From: Patescibacteria group bacterium
GTDB lineage: Bacteria; Patescibacteriota; Microgenomatia; 2-02-FULL-39-11
Assembly: GCA_023379265.1 (NCBI GenBank)
Contig: JAMCUI010000012.1
Span: 27,936 to 91,935 of the forward strand
Direction of reading: 5' to 3'
DNA length: 64,000 nucleotides
Positions 8,483 through 17,734 of this stretch are shown here, piece by piece. The notes under the pieces were generated by a model that saw nothing but the letters and a program-made list of their open reading frames with translations, did no database searches and had not been told where the DNA came from. The translations under genes were made by a program, and so were the position numbers. The stretch's first letter is position 1. Each line of letters begins with the position of its first letter.

Positions 8483-9640
8483 TTACGCTACAAAAAAGCC
8501 TAAAGCATAGAATACAAAAAATATCAGCAGCAATATAAGAGAGGAAAAAGCATAAATAATCTCCAAAAATCTACCCGGTTTATACCTGCCCATAGACATG
8601 AATATCGGGAAAAATATGAGAGCGTAGCGGGAAACCCCATTCAATATATATCCCCGGTACTGAAAGAAATAAAACACAATAAAAAACACTAATAGAAAGA
8701 TCCAATCCTCCCTCCTGATTCTCCTGCGGGAAAAATAAAGATAAGTTATAGTACCGGCAGTTATGACAAAATCCATATCGTTGGGAAGATTCATAGGATT
8801 TGCCAAAAACACTTTCATTTGTGATAAAAGCGGATCCCATGGTAACGGTAATGATACACTCCAGGCAGAATTGACCTTAAAAGCGATAAAAGGTACACCG
8901 GTCATCGCATCCTGAAACCGGGCTATAAGTATAAATGACAATGGGATCAGAATTAAGAAAAGCAGAGCCGGGACTTTATTTTTTACTTCCCCGTTTTTCC
9001 AAAATATATATGCCAAAGGCAAAATCAGCGCACCACCGTATGGTTTGGTCACTGTAGCAAATGCGGCAAACACTGATGATAAAAACGGCCTTCCCTTTTT
9101 GGCGGATATAAGTGAAATCAGGACAAAAGAAATAAAAAGAGGTTCGGCATACGGGACAAGAAAGAAAAATGCTGCAGGAAAGACTGCATAGGCAACAAGT
9201 GATCTGATTGCGGCTTGCCTGTTATATTCCGTCAGGGCAATATAATAAAAGAGAAAGAATGCTATGGCAGTAAAAAATGTATTCAGGAAAAAAGCCGCTA
9301 CCGGAAATGTCGCCGGACTTATATCCGTAATTAATTTAACCATCCAAGGATAGAGAGGAAAAAACTTGGCTGTCAGAGGCTCACCTTTGTAATTTGTCTT
9401 TTCCACCTCCTCATACCAGAGAGCATCAAACCGGTGCAAAGGCTGGACGATATAATACCAGGGGTCATGCTGGTCGGTGGGAATATTGCGCACCAGATCC
9501 ATCTGCACAGTCGTCAAAGGGATTTTGGGAAATATGGAGAAAAGGGAAAAACCTGTAAAGGCCAAAAGCAGGCGAAGAAACAGGGAAAAAATCACTGATA
9601 GGATAATACCTGTCTTTATGTCTTTTTTATTTGGATTCAT
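8483..9640 (-). CDS. GT-C fold mannosyltransferase-like membrane protein (PIG-V-like)
   Basis: Multi-TM; motifs RFDALWY, FFPLYP, FPAAFF..PYAEPLF, SRY..IFFP. Confidence 0.75.
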   Translation of the reverse strand: MNPNKKDIKTGIILSVIFSLFLRLLLAFTGFSLFSIFPKIPLTTVQMDLVRNIPTDQHDPWYYIVQPLHRFDALWYEEVEKTNYKGEPLTAKFFPLYPWMVKLITDISPATFPVAAFFLNTFFTAIAFFLFYYIALTEYNRQAAIRSLVAYAVFPAAFFFLVPYAEPLFISFVLISLISAKKGRPFLSSVFAAFATVTKPYGGALILPLAYIFWKNGEVKNKVPALLFLILIPLSFILIARFQDAMTGVPFIAFKVNSAWSVSLPLPWDPLLSQMKVFLANPMNLPNDMDFVITAGTITYLYFSRRRIRREDWIFLLVFFIVFYFFQYRGYILNGVSRYALIFFPIFMSMGRYKPGRFLEIIYAFSSLILLLIFFVFYALGFFVA

Positions 9641-9675
9641 TAAAAGGAAATATATATCCCTTGCCCATCAACGTC

Positions 9676-9704
9676 AAGAGCTCTCCTTTTGAGGGAGAGC
9701 TCTT
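9676..9704. terminator. Hairpin after paralog B
   Basis: AAGAGCTCTCC-loop-GGAGAGCTCTT; U-tract is weak. Confidence 0.55.
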
Positions 9705-9730
9705 AAACTATCCGGTAATCAAACGGTATT

Positions 9731-10318
9731 TTACTGACCAACAACTACTGTATTACTATTCAAGTTGTTATTGATTGAAGTTGACACACTTGCATTACCA
9801 CTCATCACTCCTCCACCTACAGTATTATTACTAGAGGAATTACCACCTGTATTAGCTGATGAATTCACTCCGTTGAAAACCATACCCATGTTACCTACTG
9901 TAACATTTGCTGTCTTACTAGTGTCTATCTTGACGATATTCTTTGATAAATATCCGGTTATAGAATTCAATCCGCTGTTTGCGGCATCAACGCTAGTTTG
10001 ATCAGCAAGCACGTTGTTGGTATTCATGGAATTGGATAAACCTGTACTAACCGTTGCGTTACCCGTCAACACTCCCAAATTACCTGCCGTGTTGTTATTA
10101 TTTTGATTTCCTCCGGTAGTAGTGGTTGCTGTAACATTATTGGTAACTGTACCGAAATTGTGTGAATTAAGATAGGCAGATCTTGCAGCAAATATCTTGC
10201 AGACATTTATGCTGGTTGATCCTGTTGTACCATTTCCACAATCCACAGCCAGTGCCGGTGCTACTGCCAAAAGCAGCATTCCTGCTCCAATGGCCACTCC
10301 CAATATATTTTTTTTCAT
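9731..10318 (-). CDS. Secreted Asn/Thr/Gly-repeat protein (paralog B, 195 aa)
   Basis: Signal peptide ending ALA; Cys pair CGNGTTGSTSINVC; two TGGNxxxNNT.G..V.(T/S)GNA repeats; strong SD AAAGGAGGTG. Confidence 0.82.
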   Translation of the reverse strand: MKKNILGVAIGAGMLLLAVAPALAVDCGNGTTGSTSINVCKIFAARSAYLNSHNFGTVTNNVTATTTTGGNQNNNNTAGNLGVLTGNATVSTGLSNSMNTNNVLADQTSVDAANSGLNSITGYLSKNIVKIDTSKTANVTVGNMGMVFNGVNSSANTGGNSSSNNTVGGGVMSGNASVSTSINNNLNSNTVVVGQ

Positions 10319-10589
10319 AATCTTTTCACCTCCTTTCTTCTTTGTCCGTTTATAAAAACGGGCAATATGATCTCTTACTGCACAAAAATAACACTCTCCT
10401 CCCTCGGTCTTTTAAGACCTCGGGATTCGAGTGTTTTCCTTTGAGCAGAAGGCAGACTATAATACATAGGGCAGCAATTTAAGTTCGGGCAGCGACATTT
10501 TTCGACTAGAACATGTCTATACCTGACAGGAATAGCTATTTACCGACTAAAAAACTACACCGGGCAGGTGTCGAAAGACAAATGAAAAC

Positions 10590-10676
10590 AAAAAAGCAAT
10601 CCTTTACAGGGATTGCTTCCGTTTGCGGTCGGCAAACTCTAATTCCACTGTAGAATAATTTTTTCTATTTTGTCAA
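10590..10676 (-). promoter_or_regulatory. Promoter, conserved hairpin motif and intrinsic terminator (copy 2)
   Basis: TTGACA (10676-10671), 18 nt, TACAGT; then TTGC-CGA-CCGCAAACGG-AA-GCAA overlapping terminator AAGCAATCC-CTGTAAA-GGATTGCTT-TTTT. Confidence 0.75.
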
Positions 10677-10815
10677 TACCCAAGTTTTAGCTAAGTTTAG
10701 AGATAATATGATAATACATTTATATATCTGAAAACAACATGGGAAATGACCCGCTTTGGCCTTTTTGACATTTATTTTAATAAATGTAGTATAATATCAA
10801 TCCAGATAGCAAAAT

Positions 10816-11095
10816 CATGCGGGGACAAGTATTCCGAGACCATTTGAGTCAAAGATGAAGCCGCCCCGCAAGTCCCAAAAGATATTGAGGGAGAAGATGC
10901 GGAAAGAAAACCTTTCTCAAACGGAAGGATAAGTAGAATCCGACGGGTATGCCCGTGACAGCTGGAATAAGAAGTTATGAGTTGTGGGTTACGAAATATA
11001 ATTATTAAAGACCCATCACCCACCACACATCACTCATAACCAAAATAAGGTGGTACCGTGAATATCTCACCCTTTGACAAAGGTGAGATTTTTTT
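10816..11095 (+). ncRNA. T-box riboswitch (Ala specifier GCC) upstream of alaS
   Basis: Stem I GCGGGG/CCCCGC with AGTA (10828) and GAA-GCC-G (10857-10863); stem IIA-like CGGG-TATG-CCCGTGA; T-box AAGG-TGGTACC-GTG (11047-11060) pairing with TCAC/CCTT; terminator ATCTCAC..GTGAGAT plus U-run. TTGACA at 10765 with TATAAT at 10790 upstream. Confidence 0.85.
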
Positions 11096-11147
11096 GATGG
11101 TTGGTTAACGAGTATGAACGAAGTGAAGACGAGTTTACCAGCCGATC

Positions 11148-11176
11148 AATCCGCCGAAGCTTTAGCGAAGGCGGAT
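11148..11176. repeat. REP-like palindromic repeat, copy 1
   Basis: AATCCGCCGAAGCTTTAGCGAAGGCGGAT; 27/29 identical to 46765-46793. Confidence 0.8.
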
Positions 11177-11208
11177 ATTATAAATGTTACAATTTAATCA
11201 AATAAATT

Positions 11209-13047
11209 ATGACACATACTGATTTGAGGAAAAGGTTTATCAGGTTTTTTACTTCATCACCGCGAAATCATAAGGAAATTCCTTCTGCCCCGCTTGTGCC
11301 TGAAAATGACCCAACAGTACTTTTTATCACAGCCGGTATGCATCCTCTGGTTCCCTACCTTATGGGAGAAACCCATCCGCTGGGCAAAAGACTGGTAGAT
11401 GTACAAAAATCCATGCGCACTGATGACATTGAGGAAGTGGGAGACCTGCGCCACTTTACTTTTTTTGAAATGCTGGGCAACTGGAGCCTGGGCGATTACT
11501 TCAAAAAGGAAGCTATAAGCTGGTCGTTTGAATTTCTGACCAGCTCCAAATGGCTACATCTTGACCCATCCAAAATTTACATATCTGTCTTTGAAGGAGA
11601 CAGTGATGCGCTTCGCGATGACGAGTCTATCGGTTTCTGGCAAGAGGCTTTTGAAAAGGTAGGCATAGAAGCAAAAGTGGGTAACCCCAAAGACGGTATG
11701 ACACCTGGGGGCAGAATATTCCCCTATCCCAAAAGTAAGAATTGGTGGGGACCGGCAGGTACCACCGGCCCCTGCGGCCCTGATACGGAGATGTTTTTTG
11801 ACACGGGCCTGTCTATGCACAATTCAGAAACATATGGTCCGGTTTGCCACATCAATTGTGACTGCGGGCGTTTTGTAGAAATCTGGAATGATGTCTTCAT
11901 GCAATATAATAAAAAACCTGACGGGAACTTTGAGCCACTACAACAAAAGAATGTCGATACCGGTATGGGAATGGAGAGGTTGACAGCAATTCTGGAATGG
12001 CTTGAAGGGAAAATTCCGGATCCGGACCCGTTTCGAACGGAACTTTTTAACCCGGTGACGGAAACCATCAATAAAGTCTATTTCCAAAAATACGGTGGGG
12101 AAAATACTAAATCTCTGCGGATTATCGCAGACCACATCCGGGCGGCGGTTTTTATCATTTCAGACGGCGTTGTACCCAGCAATAAGGAAAGAGGTTATGT
12201 TCTGCGGAAACTCATTAGACGCGCTGTGAGACATCTCCAGCTTATCGGAGTCAAAAATCCTTTTATAAGCCCTCTGGCAATGGCTATGATAGAAACCTAC
12301 AAGTCAGATTACCCCGAATTATCCCAAAACAAGAAACTCATAAAAGAAACCATGGAACAAGAAGAGACAAAATTTTTGGCTACCCTCAGCCGCGGTCTGA
12401 AAGAAATAGAAAAACATTCTATTCTGACCGGAAAAATCGCTTTTGACATATACCAAAGCTATGGTTTTCCCTGGGAGATGACGGCAGAAATTGCCCACGA
12501 GAAAGGCCAACAGATTGACCGGGCACAGTTTGAGACGGAATTTAAAAAACATCAGGAATTATCACGCACGGCTACAAAAGGCGTATTTAAGGGAGGATTA
12601 CAGGATCATTCGGAAACCACAACTAGCCTCCATACCGCTACTCACCTTCTTCAGGAAGCTTTACGGGAAATCCTAGGAAACCACGTCAGACAAAAAGGCA
12701 GTCACATCACGGCTGAGCGTCTGCGCTTTGACTTTTCCCATCCCGCTAAAATGACACCTGAAGAGATAAAAAAGACCGAGGATCTAGTAAATGCGCAAAT
12801 CAAAAAAAATCTTCCCGTAAGCATGAAAGTAATCGACCTGAAAGAGGCTGCAAATGAAGGCGCACTCACTGTTCCCGGAGTAAACTATCCTGAAAAAGTA
12901 AAAGTATATACCATCGGCAACTTTTCCCGCGAAGTCTGTGGAGGACCGCATGTCGACTTTACAGGAAAGATGGGAACGTTTAAGATAATAAAAGAAGAGG
13001 CGGCCTCTGCAAATGTTCGCAGAGTCTATGCAATCCTCACTATCTAA
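11209..13047 (+). CDS. alaS: Alanyl-tRNA synthetase, short form without the C-Ala domain
   Basis: Motifs DPTVLFITAGM, HFTFFEMLGNWS.GDYFK, GPCGPDTE, VDTGMGMER, editing HTATH and CGGPH. Confidence 0.97.
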   Translation: MTHTDLRKRFIRFFTSSPRNHKEIPSAPLVPENDPTVLFITAGMHPLVPYLMGETHPLGKRLVDVQKSMRTDDIEEVGDLRHFTFFEMLGNWSLGDYFKKEAISWSFEFLTSSKWLHLDPSKIYISVFEGDSDALRDDESIGFWQEAFEKVGIEAKVGNPKDGMTPGGRIFPYPKSKNWWGPAGTTGPCGPDTEMFFDTGLSMHNSETYGPVCHINCDCGRFVEIWNDVFMQYNKKPDGNFEPLQQKNVDTGMGMERLTAILEWLEGKIPDPDPFRTELFNPVTETINKVYFQKYGGENTKSLRIIADHIRAAVFIISDGVVPSNKERGYVLRKLIRRAVRHLQLIGVKNPFISPLAMAMIETYKSDYPELSQNKKLIKETMEQEETKFLATLSRGLKEIEKHSILTGKIAFDIYQSYGFPWEMTAEIAHEKGQQIDRAQFETEFKKHQELSRTATKGVFKGGLQDHSETTTSLHTATHLLQEALREILGNHVRQKGSHITAERLRFDFSHPAKMTPEEIKKTEDLVNAQIKKNLPVSMKVIDLKEAANEGALTVPGVNYPEKVKVYTIGNFSREVCGGPHVDFTGKMGTFKIIKEEAASANVRRVYAILTI

Positions 13048-13050
13048 ATA

Positions 13051-15258
13051 ATGTCCCTAGTCAATAAATTCCTGCAAAAAAAGGTAGAAAAAGAATACTT
13101 CATAGTCCTTGGCATTGAAGAACATCGTATCTGTGCTGCCGTGGCTGAAATTGAAGCCACTATGGTAAGAATAATCGGAACCGGTGAAAGTGAATATGCA
13201 ACCGTGGGCAGCGAGATAGAAGCCACTGATATTGCTATTTCCACAGCAGAAAAAAGTGTCCCTGAAAATATATTCGTCAAAAAGACAATTTTTGGCGTTC
13301 CAGTATCGTTTATGCAAAACGGTGAGATAAAACCTGAATATATGGAAAGGGTACAAAAAATATCCAAAGAACTTGACCTATCTCCCCAAGGATATATAGA
13401 GTATCCCCAAGCAATCTCCAGCTTTTTGGAAACAAAGGAAGAGACACCTCCTACTCTTCTTCTTCTATCAATCGGAAGAAATCATCTCACTCTGACACAT
13501 CTTCGTGTGGGTAAAGTGGAAAAAAATATTGTTGTTGAAAGGTCTTCTTCTTTATCAGAAGACTTTAATAATATGCTTTCCCATTTCGAGTCAGAAATCC
13601 TGCCTTCAAAAATAGTCATGTATGACGAGGTAAAAGGACCACTACTTGAAGACATGAGGGAAGAACTGCTGAATTTTCCCTGGCACAAACAAGCTTCTTT
13701 TATGCATACGCCCAAAATAGAAATTATGGAACCGAGTGCTATAACAACAGCCCTTGTTGAAACAGCAGCTAGTAAATTCATCAGAAGCGATCTTCAAGTA
13801 ATCTCTCAAAGTGAGGAAAAATCAGAAAGTACAGCAACCGTCAATTCAAAAGAAGAAACAGTAAAAGAAAATGAGAGTAATATCCGTGAAACTCCAACAG
13901 TAAAGAGATTGACTGAAAAAGAAAACCATCGTGAAGAAGAAGCTTTTGGTTTTGTAAAAAATAAAGATATCCGGGAAACAGAAGAGCTGGAAAACATCTC
14001 CACTCCCGTCGACCTAAAAACAGAATTGTTTGGCGAGAAATTTGAGGAACCGCAAAAACCTGACAGAAAACTCATACCCAATATTCCCAATATACCATTG
14101 CGCTTTCCACCTTTATCCTTTAGTTTGGCACCAGCACTCGGGGTTTTGTTGGTCCTTATACTTATTGCCTTTGTGGGATATTTTCTTGTCTGGAATTATC
14201 CCCAAAGTGACGTCAACCTTATCGTCTATCCCCTCAAGTCTTCCCAGACAATGGATGTGGTCTTTACCACAGACAATACCCGCGCCAACCTGAACAACAA
14301 CATCATCCTGGCTACCACCATATCTCAAGAAATTTCCGACCAGAAGACTATAGAGACTACAGGAAAAACCAAAGTAGGCAATCCGGCAAAAGGTGATGCG
14401 ACGATATACAACAAAACTCTTGAAGACAAGACTTTCCCAAAAGGTACTGTCTTAACCAACGGGTCGCTAAAATTTACACTGGATAATGATACCACTATCG
14501 CTTCTGCCTCAGACACAGGGGAAGGATTGACTTATGGAAAAACCACAACAAGTATCACCGCCGTTGATATAGGGCCAGAAGGTAACCTGAGCGCTGACAG
14601 TAATTTTACCATCAAGGATTTCCCAGGGACGTCATACTATGCTAAAAATACAAGCAATTTTTCAGGTGGCACCAGCCGGGATGTATCAAGCGTCTCTAAA
14701 GAAGACCAGGATAATCTTTTCTCCTCGCTTTCCCAGGATCTTGAAGGCCAAGCAAAACAAAAAATGCTTCAGCAAATTGGATCTGATGAAAAACTGCTTG
14801 ACGGATCTATAGAAAATACAGTTGTCTCTCAAAAATTCAGCAACGACGTCAATACAGAAGCCAAAGAATTGACGCTGACGCTTGACCTGAAAGTCAATGC
14901 GCTTGTTTATAAACAGAAAGACCTAACCACCCTTGCCAAGACTGACCTTTTCCAGCCACCCCAGGGATACACTATCAATAATTCACAAAATCAGATAAAG
15001 ATCGAACAGGCACAGGTAGAGAAAAACGGAGATACACAGGCAACCGCAGTCATAACAGCCAACTTTATCCCCAAATTTGACACATCATCAATAAAATCGC
15101 AAATTACCGGAAAATCTTTTCAAACCGCCAGCAATACGTTATCAAAAATCAATAATATCGGAGGTATAGAAATCATCAAAGGAAACAACCTTCCTCTATG
15201 GGGAAATATGCTTCCTCTAAACGGGAATAATATCAATATCAATCTCGTTATCCGATAA
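13051..15258 (+). CDS. Bitopic protein: cytoplasmic FtsA/PilM-like domain, TM, extracellular baseplate-J-like domain
   Basis: N-terminal actin-fold-like pattern; TM near residue 370; AKG.ATIYN..FPKGT.L..F.LD and G.EGNL..FSGG motifs typical of baseplate-J-like domains. Confidence 0.6.
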   Translation: MSLVNKFLQKKVEKEYFIVLGIEEHRICAAVAEIEATMVRIIGTGESEYATVGSEIEATDIAISTAEKSVPENIFVKKTIFGVPVSFMQNGEIKPEYMERVQKISKELDLSPQGYIEYPQAISSFLETKEETPPTLLLLSIGRNHLTLTHLRVGKVEKNIVVERSSSLSEDFNNMLSHFESEILPSKIVMYDEVKGPLLEDMREELLNFPWHKQASFMHTPKIEIMEPSAITTALVETAASKFIRSDLQVISQSEEKSESTATVNSKEETVKENESNIRETPTVKRLTEKENHREEEAFGFVKNKDIRETEELENISTPVDLKTELFGEKFEEPQKPDRKLIPNIPNIPLRFPPLSFSLAPALGVLLVLILIAFVGYFLVWNYPQSDVNLIVYPLKSSQTMDVVFTTDNTRANLNNNIILATTISQEISDQKTIETTGKTKVGNPAKGDATIYNKTLEDKTFPKGTVLTNGSLKFTLDNDTTIASASDTGEGLTYGKTTTSITAVDIGPEGNLSADSNFTIKDFPGTSYYAKNTSNFSGGTSRDVSSVSKEDQDNLFSSLSQDLEGQAKQKMLQQIGSDEKLLDGSIENTVVSQKFSNDVNTEAKELTLTLDLKVNALVYKQKDLTTLAKTDLFQPPQGYTINNSQNQIKIEQAQVEKNGDTQATAVITANFIPKFDTSSIKSQITGKSFQTASNTLSKINNIGGIEIIKGNNLPLWGNMLPLNGNNININLVIR

Positions 15259-15261
15259 CAC

Positions 15262-15972
15262 ATGGCATTGTATTCATATACTAAATCCCATGGTAAATCC
15301 CGCGGGAAAAAGATAATCTCTTTCATATCTGCAATACTAATCCTTACCGGACTTGGGGTGGTGGGTTGGACAGTTTATCCTATCGTCACATATGAAATAT
15401 TTTATGCGCCCAAATTTGAAAATTCTGTAAATCCTGTACCTATGGAAATTGTAAAAAACACGATTGCCGACAACATACCCGCAGTATTGGGAGCCCAAAA
15501 TGCTGACTACACCAGAGCAAGCACTTGGTTCCCAAAAGCCAACAATATCAAACTCAGCAATACCAATACGTCTTATTTTGTCTCTATACCCAAAGTAAAT
15601 ATCCAAAATGCTACAGTCCTTCTGGGTAACGATGACCTAAACAAAAGCCTGGTACAGTTTGCCGGGCCACTCCCTGGAAACTATGGCAATCCGGTTATTT
15701 TCGGACACTCTACTTTACTCTGGTTTTATAATCCCAAAGATTACCGTACTATCTTTTCTGAATTACCGCAACTGAATATTGGCGACGATATATATATCAA
15801 TCTGGAAAACATCACCTATCATTACAAGGTTTTCCAGATGAAAGTCGTCTGGCCTGACAATCTCTCTGTACTAGATCAGACATATGACGATGAATACCTG
15901 ACCCTTATCACTTGTGTGCCACCTGGAACTTTTTACAAACGTCTTGTAGTCAGTGCCAGACTGGTCAGATAA
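15262..15972 (+). CDS. Sortase
   Basis: TM; SIPKVNI; FGHS; LTLITC; KRLVV. Confidence 0.9.
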   Translation: MALYSYTKSHGKSRGKKIISFISAILILTGLGVVGWTVYPIVTYEIFYAPKFENSVNPVPMEIVKNTIADNIPAVLGAQNADYTRASTWFPKANNIKLSNTNTSYFVSIPKVNIQNATVLLGNDDLNKSLVQFAGPLPGNYGNPVIFGHSTLLWFYNPKDYRTIFSELPQLNIGDDIYINLENITYHYKVFQMKVVWPDNLSVLDQTYDDEYLTLITCVPPGTFYKRLVVSARLVR

Positions 15973-16162
15973 TAATGATTTCTGGAATATCTTATAAACA
16001 CAATAACGACAACATAGTTGAACTCCGATATAATAGGATAAAGACTAATTCATTTACAAGATGACTGCTATTATGCAAGAAACGATACGGCACAAAGGGA
16101 CTCAAATCCGACATTACGTCGGGAAAAATCCTTTGGATTATTAATTCACTTTTATCAAAAAT

Positions 16163-17446
16163 ATGAAAACACAAAAACAGACCGAAAATGAGGAATCTAT
16201 GAAGGCAATAGATGCCATAAAGAAAAAATTGTTGGGAAAGAAACTCTCATACAAGGAGATTTTTTCACTTATGGATGAGGTGGCACACGAAAAGTTGGGA
16301 CCAGTGCTTACTACATACTTTGTAGCCGCAGGATTCAAAGAAGGTTTTTCCAACCAGGAACTTTTCTATCTTACAAAAGCAATGGCGGATACCGGGACCA
16401 AACTGAAATTCAAAGGAATAGTAGCCGATAAACACTCCACTGGCGGGCTGGCCGGAACAAGAACTACTATGATTCTTGTACCAATCATAGCTGCAGCTGG
16501 ATATAAGATCCCTAAAAACTCATCACGCGCCATCACTACTCCTGCCGGTACCGCCGATACTATGGAGGTATTGGCTCCTGTTACTTTCCACCCGGAAAAG
16601 ATCCAAAAGATAGTGGAGAAAGTCGGCGGTTGTATCGTCTGGGGAGGACATTTAGGTCTGGCTCCGGCTGATGACGTCATAATTAGAGTCGAAACTCCTT
16701 TAGCTTTTGAGTCTTTTGATAAAATAATTGTTTCCATCATGGCCAAAAAAATTGCTTCCGGAGCAACGCACCTTGTCCTAGATATCCCCGTGGGGCCGAC
16801 CCTGAAAGTAAAACATTTTAAGGATGCGGAAATAATTGCCACCAAATTCCATTTCCTAGCTAAGAAATTTAATATAAAATTGACTGCTGATGTCAATGAG
16901 GCTTTAGAACCGGCAGGTCATGCCGTCGGGCCTGTACTTGAAGCCCACGACGTCCTCAAAGTTTTGGAACAAAAACCTGACAGACCATTTATTCTGGAAG
17001 CCAAAGCTCTACGCCTAGCTGGGAAACTATTGGATCTTTGCATGTCTGATTCCAGAGAAAAAAAAGAAAAGCAGACAAGCGGCGAAGATCTGGCCCGGCA
17101 AATTCTTAAAAGCGGCGGCGCCCTGAAAAAAATGAGAGAGATCATAAAAGCCCAGGGAGGCGATCCTGATATCGACATTCCCAATTTGAAACTGGGATCA
17201 TACAAATATGAATTCCCCAGCCCTAAACATGGAACTGTCACGTCGTTTAATAATGAAGATTTGACTGTAATCGCCAAAATTCTTGGTTGTCCTTATGACA
17301 AAAAGGCTGGTATTTATATAGAGAGACGAATCGACGAAAAAGTAGACAATAATGATATACTATGTGTGCTCTATTCCTCTGATAAATGGAGGCTAAGCGA
17401 GGCCAAAGAAACGCTTAAACAAGTACCTATTTATAAAATCGAGTAA
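16163..17446 (+). CDS. deoA: AMP phosphorylase / thymidine phosphorylase family protein
   Basis: Motifs DKHSTGG, SSRAITTPAGTADTMEVLAPV, VWGG.LGLAPADD, SIMAKK, LDIPVG. Confidence 0.85.
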   Translation: MKTQKQTENEESMKAIDAIKKKLLGKKLSYKEIFSLMDEVAHEKLGPVLTTYFVAAGFKEGFSNQELFYLTKAMADTGTKLKFKGIVADKHSTGGLAGTRTTMILVPIIAAAGYKIPKNSSRAITTPAGTADTMEVLAPVTFHPEKIQKIVEKVGGCIVWGGHLGLAPADDVIIRVETPLAFESFDKIIVSIMAKKIASGATHLVLDIPVGPTLKVKHFKDAEIIATKFHFLAKKFNIKLTADVNEALEPAGHAVGPVLEAHDVLKVLEQKPDRPFILEAKALRLAGKLLDLCMSDSREKKEKQTSGEDLARQILKSGGALKKMREIIKAQGGDPDIDIPNLKLGSYKYEFPSPKHGTVTSFNNEDLTVIAKILGCPYDKKAGIYIERRIDEKVDNNDILCVLYSSDKWRLSEAKETLKQVPIYKIE

Positions 17447-17521
17447 AAACGAAATATTATTTTTCCGGTACAGGAATTTTTGATGTTGTTTGCGCAATAA
17501 CTGGTATAGCAGGAGAAAAAA

Positions 17522-17734
17522 ATGTTCAGAAATATTATTTCTCCAGTACAAGCCTGGCTCATATCACAAGGCCGGTGCGTCGGGTGCGGCACCGCACTTT
17601 CAGGAGGCAGTAAAGGACAAATGACTGGAGAAGAACAGGAAATAACCTGCAGGAAATGCGGAAGGATATTTTTACGAAACAGAAAAACAGGACGGTATCG
17701 CAGGGCGCCGATTTCTTCTTCGCTTAAAAAATGA
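17522..17734 (+). CDS. Small zinc-ribbon protein
   Basis: CVGC...CRKC; overlaps the mltG start. Confidence 0.65.
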   Translation: MFRNIISPVQAWLISQGRCVGCGTALSGGSKGQMTGEEQEITCRKCGRIFLRNRKTGRYRRAPISSSLKK

